Shown here one piece after another: positions 8,780-17,871 of a DNA stretch of 64,000 nucleotides; the stretch's first letter is position 1; every line of letters starts with the position of its first letter. Position numbers and translations under genes: made by a program. The notes under the pieces were generated by a model, which saw nothing but the letters and a program-made list of their open reading frames with translations, made no database searches and was not told where the DNA came from. This DNA comes from a virus (taxonomy: Duplodnaviria > Caudoviricetes): positions 897-64,896 of the IMG/VR virus record IMGVR_UViG_3300036779_000023; one strand, 5' to 3'.

Positions 8780-9178
8780 CTATTCGCAGATGTCGGTGCC
8801 GACCACGAGGTCTTTACCCGGCTCGCCGCCCATCAGCCTGCACAGCACGGCCGGGTCGACGCGATCGACCAGACGAGCGAAATCCTCGTCGCTCATGTCG
8901 AGCAGCTTCTGCACCGTGAGGCGCCCGGGCTCCATGACCGGGGGCGGCACATTGCGCGCCCCCCAGATACGCGCCACATCTTGCTCGACCGGAATCGGCG
9001 CCGGCACATTGCGCATCCGCCACGTCGCTTGCGGCGGACCCGGCGGCACGCAAGCCGGCAGCGCCGACCCGACCACCGCCGGCAGCTCAACCTGTTTGGG
9101 CTTGGGCGCGCGCGGCTGCCACCAGTCGTCGCCAAGCAGCCGCTGGTTCAGATCGCTAAAATCGAAGACGATCGACAT
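8780..9178 (-). CDS. Hypothetical protein carrying a copy of the scaffold C-terminal motif
   Basis: LTVQKLLDMSDEDF...LMG aligns ungapped with the scaffold C-terminus. Confidence 0.6.
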   Translation of the reverse strand: MSIVFDFSDLNQRLLGDDWWQPRAPKPKQVELPAVVGSALPACVPPGPPQATWRMRNVPAPIPVEQDVARIWGARNVPPPVMEPGRLTVQKLLDMSDEDFARLVDRVDPAVLCRLMGGEPGKDLVVGTDICE

Positions 9179-9202
9179 GATGCTCTCCGTTCGTCACCGG
9201 AC

Positions 9203-10501
9203 CTAGCCGCGTCCCGGAAACTCGCGTCCCATCAGCGCCTGTAGGCGCTGCGTCGGCAGATTGTCAATGTACATGCCGAACTCCTGATCGTCCATTCGGA
9301 GCAGCGTCTCGATCGAGAGCGGCTCGGCCGGCGGGGCGCCGCCGCCATCGGACAGCGATCGCGAGGCCGCAGCACCAGCCTGCTCCGCCTGAATCTGCGC
9401 GACCGCGTTGCGCGCAGCAGCCGGCGCCGCTGGGCTACGGGCCTGTGGCACAGCCGGCCGCCGGGCTCCGCCAGCTGGTGCCGGTGCTGGCGGGGGCGCG
9501 GCGGCTTGGGGCGGCCTCCATCCACGGCCTTTGGCGAGCCGCATGATCGCCTTCGCCGGGCTTTTGCCGGTCGACAGCGCGTTGTTGACCACCCATTTTT
9601 CCTCCGCATTGAAATCAGCGATCATCTTGTTGATTTCCTGCGGCGTGAACTGCTCGTTCGGGTCGGTCGGGTCCTTGTCGAACAGCGAGATGCCCAGCTC
9701 CACCAGCCGGCTGTTCTTCAAAAATTGATAGGCACCCTCGCCACCGAAGAAATGCATGCCTTCCTCGGTCTGCGCGTACATCTGGGTGTCGCGGGTGAAG
9801 TCCCGCAGTAGCGCCTGATCCTGCAATTGATCCTGCGTCGCCTCCTGCTGCTGCATCGAGGCATCGGCCATGAACACCTGCCGACGCTGCAGCTGGTTGA
9901 TCGCGGCCGGCAAATCCACCGCCGGGTCGATGGTGTCCTCCAGCATCGGATTTTGCGCGATCTGCTGCTGGCGCTGGTACTCCGCCTGCTGCGGCGTCAA
10001 GGGCTGCGATGGCATCGGCGCGGTCAGCGCATCGTTGAGGATCGCCAGCCGCTCGGAGAGCTTGGCGTGATTGATCCGCTCCTGCTCCGCCTGCGTCCGC
10101 AGCGCCTCGGCCTGCTGCCGCTCCCGGTTGAGGAGCCGCTGGTGCTTGCCGAACGAGATGGTGCGCTGCTCCTTGCCGGTGCGCGGATCGCGGGTGACCT
10201 GATCCGGCTCGTCATCCTCCTCGGGCGCCGGCGGCGGCTGACGTAGCTGTGGGCCCGGCGGAGCGTCCAGCACAGGCCTTTGCACGCCGGGCGGGCTGTC
10301 GGCAGCCGGCGCCGGCTCGCCCTCGTCTGGCGCCTCCGCAAGGCCGGCATCGGCACCCTTCATCGCGTCGAAGGCGGCGCGATCCTCGGCATTGAGACCA
10401 AGCTCATCCAGCTCTTCGGTATCGGGCGGCGTACCTTCTTCAACGTCCCCAATCGTCTCGGGCTGGAGCATCGGCTGCTGCGGTGCTGCTTTCGGTGCCA
10501 T
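9203..10501 (-). CDS. Capsid scaffolding protein
   Basis: 432 aa; acidic/Pro-rich N-terminus, coiled coil, located between portal and capsid. Confidence 0.75.
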   Translation of the reverse strand: MAPKAAPQQPMLQPETIGDVEEGTPPDTEELDELGLNAEDRAAFDAMKGADAGLAEAPDEGEPAPAADSPPGVQRPVLDAPPGPQLRQPPPAPEEDDEPDQVTRDPRTGKEQRTISFGKHQRLLNRERQQAEALRTQAEQERINHAKLSERLAILNDALTAPMPSQPLTPQQAEYQRQQQIAQNPMLEDTIDPAVDLPAAINQLQRRQVFMADASMQQQEATQDQLQDQALLRDFTRDTQMYAQTEEGMHFFGGEGAYQFLKNSRLVELGISLFDKDPTDPNEQFTPQEINKMIADFNAEEKWVVNNALSTGKSPAKAIMRLAKGRGWRPPQAAAPPPAPAPAGGARRPAVPQARSPAAPAAARNAVAQIQAEQAGAAASRSLSDGGGAPPAEPLSIETLLRMDDQEFGMYIDNLPTQRLQALMGREFPGRG

Positions 10502-10835
10502 GGTCGGCTCCTTGTTTCTCTCGTTTGATGAAATCCGCGATCATGTCCCATGTCCGCGCGTCGAGCGGTCCGTGAACCGAGATGTTGCCGTGCGTGACCT
10601 TGAGCTTGCCCATCGGCCAGTCCTCGCTCTCGAACGGGCCCATCAGCTCCATGCGAAAGCCGCCGAAATGCGCAATGACGAGGTCTTTGACCTTGCCCTG
10701 ATCGCGATTGCCTCTGACGGCGGGGATTGGAATCGCCTTGTCCACCTTGACGTCGTCCCATTTGACGACACCGAGGAGCAGCTGGTGGAAATACTCTTGC
10801 GCCTGCCGCAGCAGCGCCATTCGCGTCGAGATCAT
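10440..10835 (-). CDS. Hypothetical protein
   Basis: ATGA overlap with portal stop; fills the portal-scaffold gap. Confidence 0.6.
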   Translation of the reverse strand: MISTRMALLRQAQEYFHQLLLGVVKWDDVKVDKAIPIPAVRGNRDQGKVKDLVIAHFGGFRMELMGPFESEDWPMGKLKVTHGNISVHGPLDARTWDMIADFIKREKQGADHGTESSTAAADAPARDDWGR

Positions 10836-13369
10836 GGGGTTCTTGGGTTCATTGCCGACTGCATCCCCGCCATGGCAGTCAGTCTCGAAATGTCACTGGT
10901 TCGCCTGTTGTGCTCGTCCTGTTGCTGCAGCTGCCGCGACTTCAGCTGCCGGTCGGCCGCGCCGCTCGCGGCCTGCTGCGACATCTGCTGCTGATTGTTG
11001 GCGATGCCGGCCGCCGCCTGCATGGCGTCGATCTGCTGCTGCCGTGCCGCCAGATGGGCGTGGATGCGATCGGTCATCGCCTTGTGGGTGTCGGTCAGCG
11101 CCTTGTGACGGTCGATCACGACCCCGGCCGTATCGAGCGCGGCCTGATGCCGGGTCGAGGCGCGGCTGTGCGCGGCGTCGAGCATGTCGCTGGTGTGCTG
11201 CGCGACGCCCTGATCGGTCTGCTGCTGGGTCTGGTGGGCGAGTGCGATGGTGTGCGCGGCCTTGGCCTTGTTCAGCTCGGCTTTCGCGGCCTCGCTCATC
11301 GCCTGAATGTGGTGGGTGAAGCCCTCGATGTCGTTCTTGGCCAAGAGGTTCTGCGCCATCGCCAGATCGTAGGTCGCAGTCGAGTTGGTGGAGCCGGCCT
11401 TGGCGTTCTGCATCTCCGCCGTCGACTGGTCCTTGTTGATTTCCGCGACCAGTTTCGAGATCGCCAGCTGCTTCATGGTCTCCTGCCACTGCTGCTGGCC
11501 CGGATCGTCCTGCTGCTTCTTCAGCAGCGCCTTCTTCATGGCATCGACGAACGGCGTCGGCAGCGGCGAATATTCCAGCGCCAGCATCAGCAGCTCCGGG
11601 TTCGCCGACAGCTGATCCTTGAACGCGGCCAGCAGCGGCTGCATCACCGCCCAGTTGGCTTCCTTCTGGTTCGGCGAGGTCGGTGCGTCATCCACCACGA
11701 CGTCATAGGTGCCGGTGGTGCGGTCCTTGGTCACCGCGACGACTTGCGCGTATTCCGGGCCCGCCACCCGGATCATGGTGCCGTCCGGAACGCGGGTCTG
11801 GATGAAGTAGAGCCGCTTGCGGCCGACGATCTTCAAAAAACCGCGCAGCGAATCGAAGATGGTCGCGAGCACCGTCATGCCGGCCTGCTTGCGCATGTGC
11901 TCGATGATGCCGGGCTGGTTCTGGTCCTGCTGGCCGAGCAGCTCCAGATTGATGCCGGTGACCGCCGTGATCGCCTGCACCGCGTAGGTCAAGAGATTGA
12001 CATAGGCCGAGGCATCGCCCTGCCCGGGCTTCGGCATGATCTTCGGCTTCGGACCGGAAAGTGACCCGGGCGCCGCCCATGTGATACCCTCGGGCATCGC
12101 ATAGGTCTCTTCCGCCTGCCGCTGATCGTCGAACGCGTCGGCTTCCGCAAGGATGCCGCCCTTCGCGGTAGCGTTCATAATCTGCATGATCTGCGACATG
12201 AACTTGTTGGCCCACATCTGCGGATCACGCATCACCCGCACCAGCCCGTACCACTGCCGCTTCTTGGCATCGTACGATCCGGTGACCACCGCCCACGAGA
12301 ACTGATCGCCGCACGGCGCCGGAGCCACCTGTTCGAGCAGCCCGTGGTTGCCGAGGAAGGCCTGATAGTAGCGCCAGCGGTGGGCTTTCCGCGCATGCAA
12401 GAGCACGTTGGCGCCGAGCCTGCTGCCGACCGCCTTAAGCCGCGCCTGCACCTTCACATAATCATCCTCGCTGAGGTCTTGCACGGTGTTGGTGGCAACG
12501 TCGGCGACCCGATAATACGGCTCGCGCTCCTTCCACTGGATCACCACCACCGTCACCTCGTCGCGGTCGTCGGTGTCTTCCCACAGGTTGGTGTTTTCCT
12601 CGCGGATGCGCTTTTCCTCGATCGATTTCAGCGTCGCCTCGTCGAGATAGTTCTGGTTGGCCCACACCGCGTCGATGTCCATGCGGCTCTTGCCGGGAAA
12701 CAGCTGCATCGCGTCGGATAACGGCATCCGCCGCAGCCTGCCCTTGCGCCGCGCATCGCGCAGGTTCTTCTTGCGCGCGGTGCGGTCCCACACGAACTCG
12801 CGGCAATCGATCTGCTCCTCGATGTAAGAGCCCTCGGCATCGTTTTCGTAGGAATAGCGGCACTCCGCCACGCCGACGCCGGTGCCCAGCGTCTGCTGGA
12901 ACGCTTCCGACTGCTCGTCCTCGGCGTCGCAGCCGTCGCCCATCCACTTCGAGGTCGCGGTGAGCAGCTCGTTCTTGGCGGTGTCGGCATTGTTGCGCGG
13001 CAGGAAGTTGATCTCGTGCCGGCCGTTGATCTCCATGCCGGCGATCGCCTTCAAGATGGTCTCGATCCGGTTGAAGACGATGTGCGGGCGGCCTTGGTCG
13101 TCGAGTAGCTGCTTGTCCTCGTCGGAGAGCTGGTCGCCCGCGATGAAGCCGAGATCGTCGGTGGCCTGCTTGCGCCATTTGACCGAATATTCGAGGTCGG
13201 CGAGCACATTGGCCTTGAGGATGCGGAACTGCTGGGCCGGGGTCTTTCGCGACAGCGGAATCGCGGCGCGGCGATCGTTCTCGCCGTAGGTCAATCCGTC
13301 GCTGTCAGCTCCGGCCGTCACATCTTTATAGTCGACGTCATCCAGAACTGCCGCCGCGTTCCGCGCCAT
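10832..13369 (-). CDS. Portal protein (P22-like) with long Q/H/A-rich C-terminal helical extension
   Basis: 845 aa; DDLGFIAGDQ, RPHIVFNRI, YGLVRVMRDPQMWANK, TGINLELLG motifs; follows terL. Confidence 0.9.
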   Translation of the reverse strand: MARNAAAVLDDVDYKDVTAGADSDGLTYGENDRRAAIPLSRKTPAQQFRILKANVLADLEYSVKWRKQATDDLGFIAGDQLSDEDKQLLDDQGRPHIVFNRIETILKAIAGMEINGRHEINFLPRNNADTAKNELLTATSKWMGDGCDAEDEQSEAFQQTLGTGVGVAECRYSYENDAEGSYIEEQIDCREFVWDRTARKKNLRDARRKGRLRRMPLSDAMQLFPGKSRMDIDAVWANQNYLDEATLKSIEEKRIREENTNLWEDTDDRDEVTVVVIQWKEREPYYRVADVATNTVQDLSEDDYVKVQARLKAVGSRLGANVLLHARKAHRWRYYQAFLGNHGLLEQVAPAPCGDQFSWAVVTGSYDAKKRQWYGLVRVMRDPQMWANKFMSQIMQIMNATAKGGILAEADAFDDQRQAEETYAMPEGITWAAPGSLSGPKPKIMPKPGQGDASAYVNLLTYAVQAITAVTGINLELLGQQDQNQPGIIEHMRKQAGMTVLATIFDSLRGFLKIVGRKRLYFIQTRVPDGTMIRVAGPEYAQVVAVTKDRTTGTYDVVVDDAPTSPNQKEANWAVMQPLLAAFKDQLSANPELLMLALEYSPLPTPFVDAMKKALLKKQQDDPGQQQWQETMKQLAISKLVAEINKDQSTAEMQNAKAGSTNSTATYDLAMAQNLLAKNDIEGFTHHIQAMSEAAKAELNKAKAAHTIALAHQTQQQTDQGVAQHTSDMLDAAHSRASTRHQAALDTAGVVIDRHKALTDTHKAMTDRIHAHLAARQQQIDAMQAAAGIANNQQQMSQQAASGAADRQLKSRQLQQQDEHNRRTSDISRLTAMAGMQSAMNPRTP

Positions 13370-13370
13370 C

Positions 13371-13841
13371 TCACTTCCTCAGCATCTTCTCCACCTTCTT
13401 GAGCCGCTGATCGAAATCGTCGAGATACTCGATCATCGACTTGTCCGGCGCCTCGTAGTCGCCGTACATCTGCTGCTTCAGCTCGCGCACCAGCGCCTTG
13501 ATCACTTCAAAGCGCCGCTCGGTCTCGTCGGCGAACTCGGCCTCGGGGTCGGGGTCGATCGGTTCGACATGGGTGTAGCAGTGACCGGGCTGCGCTTCGC
13601 TGTAGGGCTTGACCCGCTGCTCCCAGATGCGGTCCTCCGCCTCGTACTCGACGATCAGATCGAGCGAGCCGTCATCCTCATGCTGCTTCAGCACGATGGC
13701 GGGAAACTCGGTGCGCCCTTGCCGCATCGAGCCCATGCGGCCATGGTAAACCACTCTGTTGCCGACCGGGACGCGCCTGATCTTGACGATTGCGGGATCG
13801 TTCTCGGCCATGCGTCGCGTCGATTCCATCAGATGGCTCAT
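13371..13841 (-). CDS. Hypothetical protein
   Basis: 156 aa ORF in operon with ATGA overlap. Confidence 0.7.
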   Translation of the reverse strand: MSHLMESTRRMAENDPAIVKIRRVPVGNRVVYHGRMGSMRQGRTEFPAIVLKQHEDDGSLDLIVEYEAEDRIWEQRVKPYSEAQPGHCYTHVEPIDPDPEAEFADETERRFEVIKALVRELKQQMYGDYEAPDKSMIEYLDDFDQRLKKVEKMLRK

Positions 13842-14134
13842 GGCGGTTCGTCCTTTTTGGGCTCGTACGTCAGCGGAATCGCCTTCACGAAAGCCTTGGC
13901 GGTCTCAGCAGTCAGCTGACTGATGTCAAAGCTGGCCGGCATCTCCCGCGACTTCAGATTATGGACCTTGCCATCGGGACCATTAACACAAAACGAAAGC
14001 ACCTGCCATTCGGTGTTGTCTGGCTTGTGCACGTAGTCGAGATTCGCCGTCGCCACCGTCCAGCCCGGCGGCAGCAGCTCAGCGAAGACTTGTCGGACCA
14101 GACGGATTCCTGCAAGGTTGTTCACGGCGCTCAT
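13838..14134 (-). CDS. Hypothetical protein
   Basis: 98 aa ORF in operon. Confidence 0.6.
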   Translation of the reverse strand: MSAVNNLAGIRLVRQVFAELLPPGWTVATANLDYVHKPDNTEWQVLSFCVNGPDGKVHNLKSREMPASFDISQLTAETAKAFVKAIPLTYEPKKDEPP

Positions 14135-14483
14135 CCTCCATCTTCGGCATGAAGAACTGGCGCATCTCCGCGCCAGCGTAGCGCTCCTCCCACATCGCGA
14201 TGGCCTGCTCGCTGGTTTTGTCCGCCGCTTCCAGCTTGTCGCCGTTCAGGCGCACATCGACTACCCAAACGATCGGCTCGGCCGGAATGCGCGACTCGTT
14301 CGACAGCGGCGCCAGCATCAGACGCTCCTTGAGCGCAATCCGCCAGCGCGAGCCCGGATACATCTGGCGCAGATTGAAATGCGCGTCCGACAGCTGGCGG
14401 GCATGCACCGCCTCGAACAGATGGATGGCAAGCGCACGGTCGATGGATGGCTTCACAGCCCGCTGCTTTTTTATTGCGCCCAT
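14079..14483 (-). CDS. Hypothetical protein
   Basis: Start MGAIKK at 14483 overlapping the terL end; the longer upstream extension is an off-frame shadow of terL. Confidence 0.55.
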   Translation of the reverse strand: MGAIKKQRAVKPSIDRALAIHLFEAVHARQLSDAHFNLRQMYPGSRWRIALKERLMLAPLSNESRIPAEPIVWVVDVRLNGDKLEAADKTSEQAIAMWEERYAGAEMRQFFMPKMEDERREQPCRNPSGPTSLR

Positions 14484-16027
14484 TGTGATCCCTTGACCTT
14501 TTTGCCCTTGCGGCTGCCGTCCGCCAGCGGGATTCCCTCGGGCTTCAATCCAACGGCGCCGGTCATGCCGGCATCGGCCGCGTTGCTGGCCCAGTTGTGC
14601 AGCGGCACCGAGGTCCACTGCCCGAGCTGCTTGTTCCATGTCTTGCGATAGTTGTCGAGACACTCGATCATCCGCGCGCAGTGCTCGGCGTCGATCCATG
14701 TCAGCGACAGCATCTTGCGCAAGGCCTCGATCGCGTCCTCCTTGTCGAGCACGCGCGGCACCACCTCGAACTCGATGCCGAGATCGCTCGCGATGTCCTT
14801 GCGGGTGCGCGCGTTGTCTTCCCAGCTGCGGTGCCCGACGTCGTGCGGGCCATAGTGCTTGCCGAACGTGAAGCGCCGCTTTTCGCCGATCTCGTGCACC
14901 TTGGCGCAATAATGCTGCACGCCCTCGCCCGCGTTCTCGTAGTAGTCGATGATGCGGTGCCTTGTGCCATCGGTCTGGTGAAACCAGATCGCATTTTGAT
15001 TGTTCTTGGTCTCCAGCCCGATGTCCCAGAACGTGTTGACGAGATAGTTCGGATCATGCGGGATCGGGTGCCCGATGCGGTGCTCCTCGCGCGCCTTGGT
15101 CAGCTCGCGCTTGAACCACGTGCCCTCCAGCGAGTTGAAGAAGGTCTCGTCCATCGCGCTCGGGAACTCCGAGTGCATATCGTCGCGGCCGAGCGTCTGA
15201 TACTTCAGCACGTACCAAGCTTTTTGCCCGGGCGTCAGAACGACGCCGTGCTTGGCCTTGAGCGTGTCGAAATAGTCGTGCATCTCGCTAGAGATGATCG
15301 CGAGGTTGGGCTGGATGGTGTACTTCGGGTCCATCCACCACGCGAAGAAATGCAGCTTGAAGTCCAACTGCGACAGCGGCCGGCCGCTCCGCATCTTGGC
15401 GTCGGCCGTCTGCACCATGTCATAGAACGACCCGCTGGTGCCGTGGGCGGTCGATTCGAGCTTGACCTTCTGGCCCGGCGCGATCGTGTTCAAGGCGCCG
15501 GTCATGATCTCCCGGGCGATGTCGGGCTTGTCGGTGGCGATCTTGCCGAACTCTGAAATATGCAGATACTGCAGGGTGCCGCCCCGATGCGATGTCCCGA
15601 CATAGCAGGTCGAGCCGTTGGTCCATTTCAGCTCCTCCTCGTTGTCCTTGACGAGCCCGATGGTCTCGCGCACCGCGCGCGGGGTGCCGAGATAGGCGGT
15701 CCTGATCTTCTGCAGCTTGAGCTTGGCGTCGTCGAGCGTGTAGTCGATGATGCCGGCGGTGAAGTTTTTCCGCCACAGGCAGTGGTCGCAGATGTCGATC
15801 GCGATCTCGGTGGAGAAGCCGAGCTGGCGGGCTTTCACGATCAGATCGAGCAGCCATTGCGCATCGGCGTATCTCTGCTGCGCGAGCCGGCGCCGATACG
15901 GCACGATCTTGCCGGTCTCATCCAGCACCTGATACAGCGTGTTCATGCGCACGCTGCGGTCACTGAACTGCTTGGCGAGGCCTTTGTAGAGCGGCGTTGC
16001 CTTCAGGATCGAGACCGGCTCGTTCAC
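14471..16027 (-). CDS. terL: Terminase large subunit
   Basis: Walker A region VKARQLGFST, Walker B YLHISEFG, ESTAHG, nuclease WDIG and NAADA; GTG start overlapping upstream TGA. Confidence 0.92.
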   Translation of the reverse strand: MNEPVSILKATPLYKGLAKQFSDRSVRMNTLYQVLDETGKIVPYRRRLAQQRYADAQWLLDLIVKARQLGFSTEIAIDICDHCLWRKNFTAGIIDYTLDDAKLKLQKIRTAYLGTPRAVRETIGLVKDNEEELKWTNGSTCYVGTSHRGGTLQYLHISEFGKIATDKPDIAREIMTGALNTIAPGQKVKLESTAHGTSGSFYDMVQTADAKMRSGRPLSQLDFKLHFFAWWMDPKYTIQPNLAIISSEMHDYFDTLKAKHGVVLTPGQKAWYVLKYQTLGRDDMHSEFPSAMDETFFNSLEGTWFKRELTKAREEHRIGHPIPHDPNYLVNTFWDIGLETKNNQNAIWFHQTDGTRHRIIDYYENAGEGVQHYCAKVHEIGEKRRFTFGKHYGPHDVGHRSWEDNARTRKDIASDLGIEFEVVPRVLDKEDAIEALRKMLSLTWIDAEHCARMIECLDNYRKTWNKQLGQWTSVPLHNWASNAADAGMTGAVGLKPEGIPLADGSRKGKKVKGSQWAQ

Positions 16028-16389
16028 GGCAGGTCCGCCGCATCCACGAACGCAAACGATGAGCCGGCCGACCATTCAAGGTAGTCGAAGCCGCTCCCCA
16101 TCTTGCGTGAGCCTTCGCCAGCTATCCGCGCGCGCTTCGCCTCCGGCCCGAGCGGCTGCAGCTCCCAGCGGATCGCGGCGCCCTCCGGCACCTCGACGCC
16201 GATGATGGTCGCATTGTCGGGTCCGGGTCCGGGAAAGCTTAAGATGACGGGCTCGACGCCGTTGGAGACGCCGATCACCGACCACAGCGGGGGCTCCTCG
16301 TGCATCCAGATGTAATCGGCGGCGAACTTGCGCTGGTTCGACAGCTGATAGCCGAACACGCGCACCTTGAACGCGGCTTCCGAAGGCAT
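16024..16389 (-). CDS. Hypothetical protein
   Basis: 121 aa ORF, GTGA overlap with terL. Confidence 0.65.
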   Translation of the reverse strand: MPSEAAFKVRVFGYQLSNQRKFAADYIWMHEEPPLWSVIGVSNGVEPVILSFPGPGPDNATIIGVEVPEGAAIRWELQPLGPEAKRARIAGEGSRKMGSGFDYLEWSAGSSFAFVDAADLP

Positions 16390-16393
16390 GGCT

Positions 16394-16609
16394 TTAGTCC
16401 ATCGCTAGCGATCCGAACTTGCGATGGGGCTTCCGACCTCCCCTCACGGCTTTGCCCGCCTTCACCCGCGCCGGCAGGTGATGATAGGCGCCCTTGCCAT
16501 GCGGACCTTTCTCGATGAACTCGGCGGCGGCTTGCCCGGCCTGACTGTGCGGGCTTTGCGCGCGCTTCCAGTAGGCCCACCGCGCCTGTGCTTTCGAGAC
16601 CAGCGGCAT
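16394..16609 (-). CDS. Small basic protein ending in KFGSLAMD
   Basis: 71 aa, K/R/H-rich; SD AGGAG upstream. Confidence 0.7.
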   Translation of the reverse strand: MPLVSKAQARWAYWKRAQSPHSQAGQAAAEFIEKGPHGKGAYHHLPARVKAGKAVRGGRKPHRKFGSLAMD

Positions 16610-16701
16610 GACTGTCTCCTGTTAGGCTGGCGCGGTGAGCGGAAAGACGCCTTTTACACCTTGCTGGGGCTATAAAAGCACTCACCGCGCCAAGCTTTGC
16701 T

Positions 16702-17343
16702 TTACTTGCTCGGCACCGGATGGGGCACGTTCGGCACCCCGACCACGACCCATCCCTTGTCTTCACCGGTCCAGATCGCATGCCACTCGATCAAGGATTC
16801 CTGATCCGGCGGAGTATCCGGCGGGATCACGATCGGATGGGTCGGGAAGCCCGGAATCCCGACTTCCGGCGGTGGCAGCACGATTGGATGCTCGGGCTTG
16901 GCGTCGACCGGCGGCAGCGGGATCACGATCGGGTGCGCGGGATGACCCGGGCTCGGCCAGATCACCACCGGCGGCCCGCCGCCCGGAGGCTGCGGAACGA
17001 CGACGATCGGCGGCGTCGGGAACGGCTCATTGCCGCCGCCCCAGATGCCGGGCGGGATCACGATCGGGTGGGTCGGCACGCCGGGCGCGAGGCCGTCCGG
17101 AGGAATGACGATCGGATGCTCCGGGTAGATCGGAATGTAGATCGGATGGGTCGGCACGCCCGGGGCGATCGCGTCCGGCGGAATGACAATCGGGTGGGTC
17201 GGCACCCCCGGCGGATTGTAGATCGGCGGCATCACGCCAACCGGCGGATAATAGATCGGCGGCATCACGACCGGACCGTCGCCACCGCCACCGCCATCGG
17301 CTTCTTTGAGCAGCGTAATCAGCGCGAGATACTGTTTTGCCAT
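16702..17343 (-). CDS. Proline-rich repeat protein (PxHPIxxP repeats)
   Basis: SD GGGAG before ATG 17343; seven P[TEA]HPIx[IL]P units plus related PPI units; Trp-rich non-repeat C-terminus. Confidence 0.75.
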   Translation of the reverse strand: MAKQYLALITLLKEADGGGGGDGPVVMPPIYYPPVGVMPPIYNPPGVPTHPIVIPPDAIAPGVPTHPIYIPIYPEHPIVIPPDGLAPGVPTHPIVIPPGIWGGGNEPFPTPPIVVVPQPPGGGPPVVIWPSPGHPAHPIVIPLPPVDAKPEHPIVLPPPEVGIPGFPTHPIVIPPDTPPDQESLIEWHAIWTGEDKGWVVVGVPNVPHPVPSK

Positions 17344-17354
17344 GCGATTCTCCC

Positions 17355-17636
17355 TCAATCTTCAGGCGGCATCACGCCCGGCTGCATCGCAGCGATATTT
17401 TGCGTGGGACCAATGCCGGGAATTGATGCTGCCATTCCCGGTTGGGGAAGCGGTGCCACCGGCTTGGCAAGAGACCCAAAGCCGGCGGGTGGCTTCATCG
17501 GCTTCGGTTGGGTCGGCATTTTGAGGGAGGGTGCGGCGGCTGCCGCGACGATGCGTTTGTGGTGGGCGGGCGTGATGTGGCCCATGTTGAGAAGATGCTT
17601 TGCGCTGGCGAGTGTCAGGTTTCGCATTCTCGACAT
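17355..17636 (-). CDS. Small basic/Pro-rich protein containing AGFGSLA
   Basis: 93 aa; first gene after the 17640-17770 intergenic region. Confidence 0.65.
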   Translation of the reverse strand: MSRMRNLTLASAKHLLNMGHITPAHHKRIVAAAAAPSLKMPTQPKPMKPPAGFGSLAKPVAPLPQPGMAASIPGIGPTQNIAAMQPGVMPPED

Positions 17637-17772
17637 CGGCGTATCCCTGCTTCGGAAGGAAACGGCGGCAAATTAGTCGAACTATTGCTTCTGTTCAAGA
17701 AAGACGTGGAGGCATTTGCAGCCCTCCACGCCAGTCGTCCCGGGTCGCGTAAGGGCTTGGACCGGGATTCGT

Positions 17773-17871
17773 CTATCGCAAGAACACAATGAGCATGGCC
17801 GCCAGCATGATCACGGCCAACAGACCGATCACGAGCGCACACGATGCTGCTCCGCTCGGCGACATCATCAT
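17773..17871 (-). CDS. Small membrane peptide (32 aa)
   Basis: Manual translation MMMSPSGAASCALVIGLLAVIMLAAMLIVFLR; ATGA overlap with upstream stop. Confidence 0.4.
   Translation of the reverse strand: MMMSPSGAASCALVIGLLAVIMLAAMLIVFLR

Noticed and set aside
10832-11400. Q/H-rich portal extension as a fused extra gene
   Set aside because: A long C-terminal helical barrel is expected for P22-like portals
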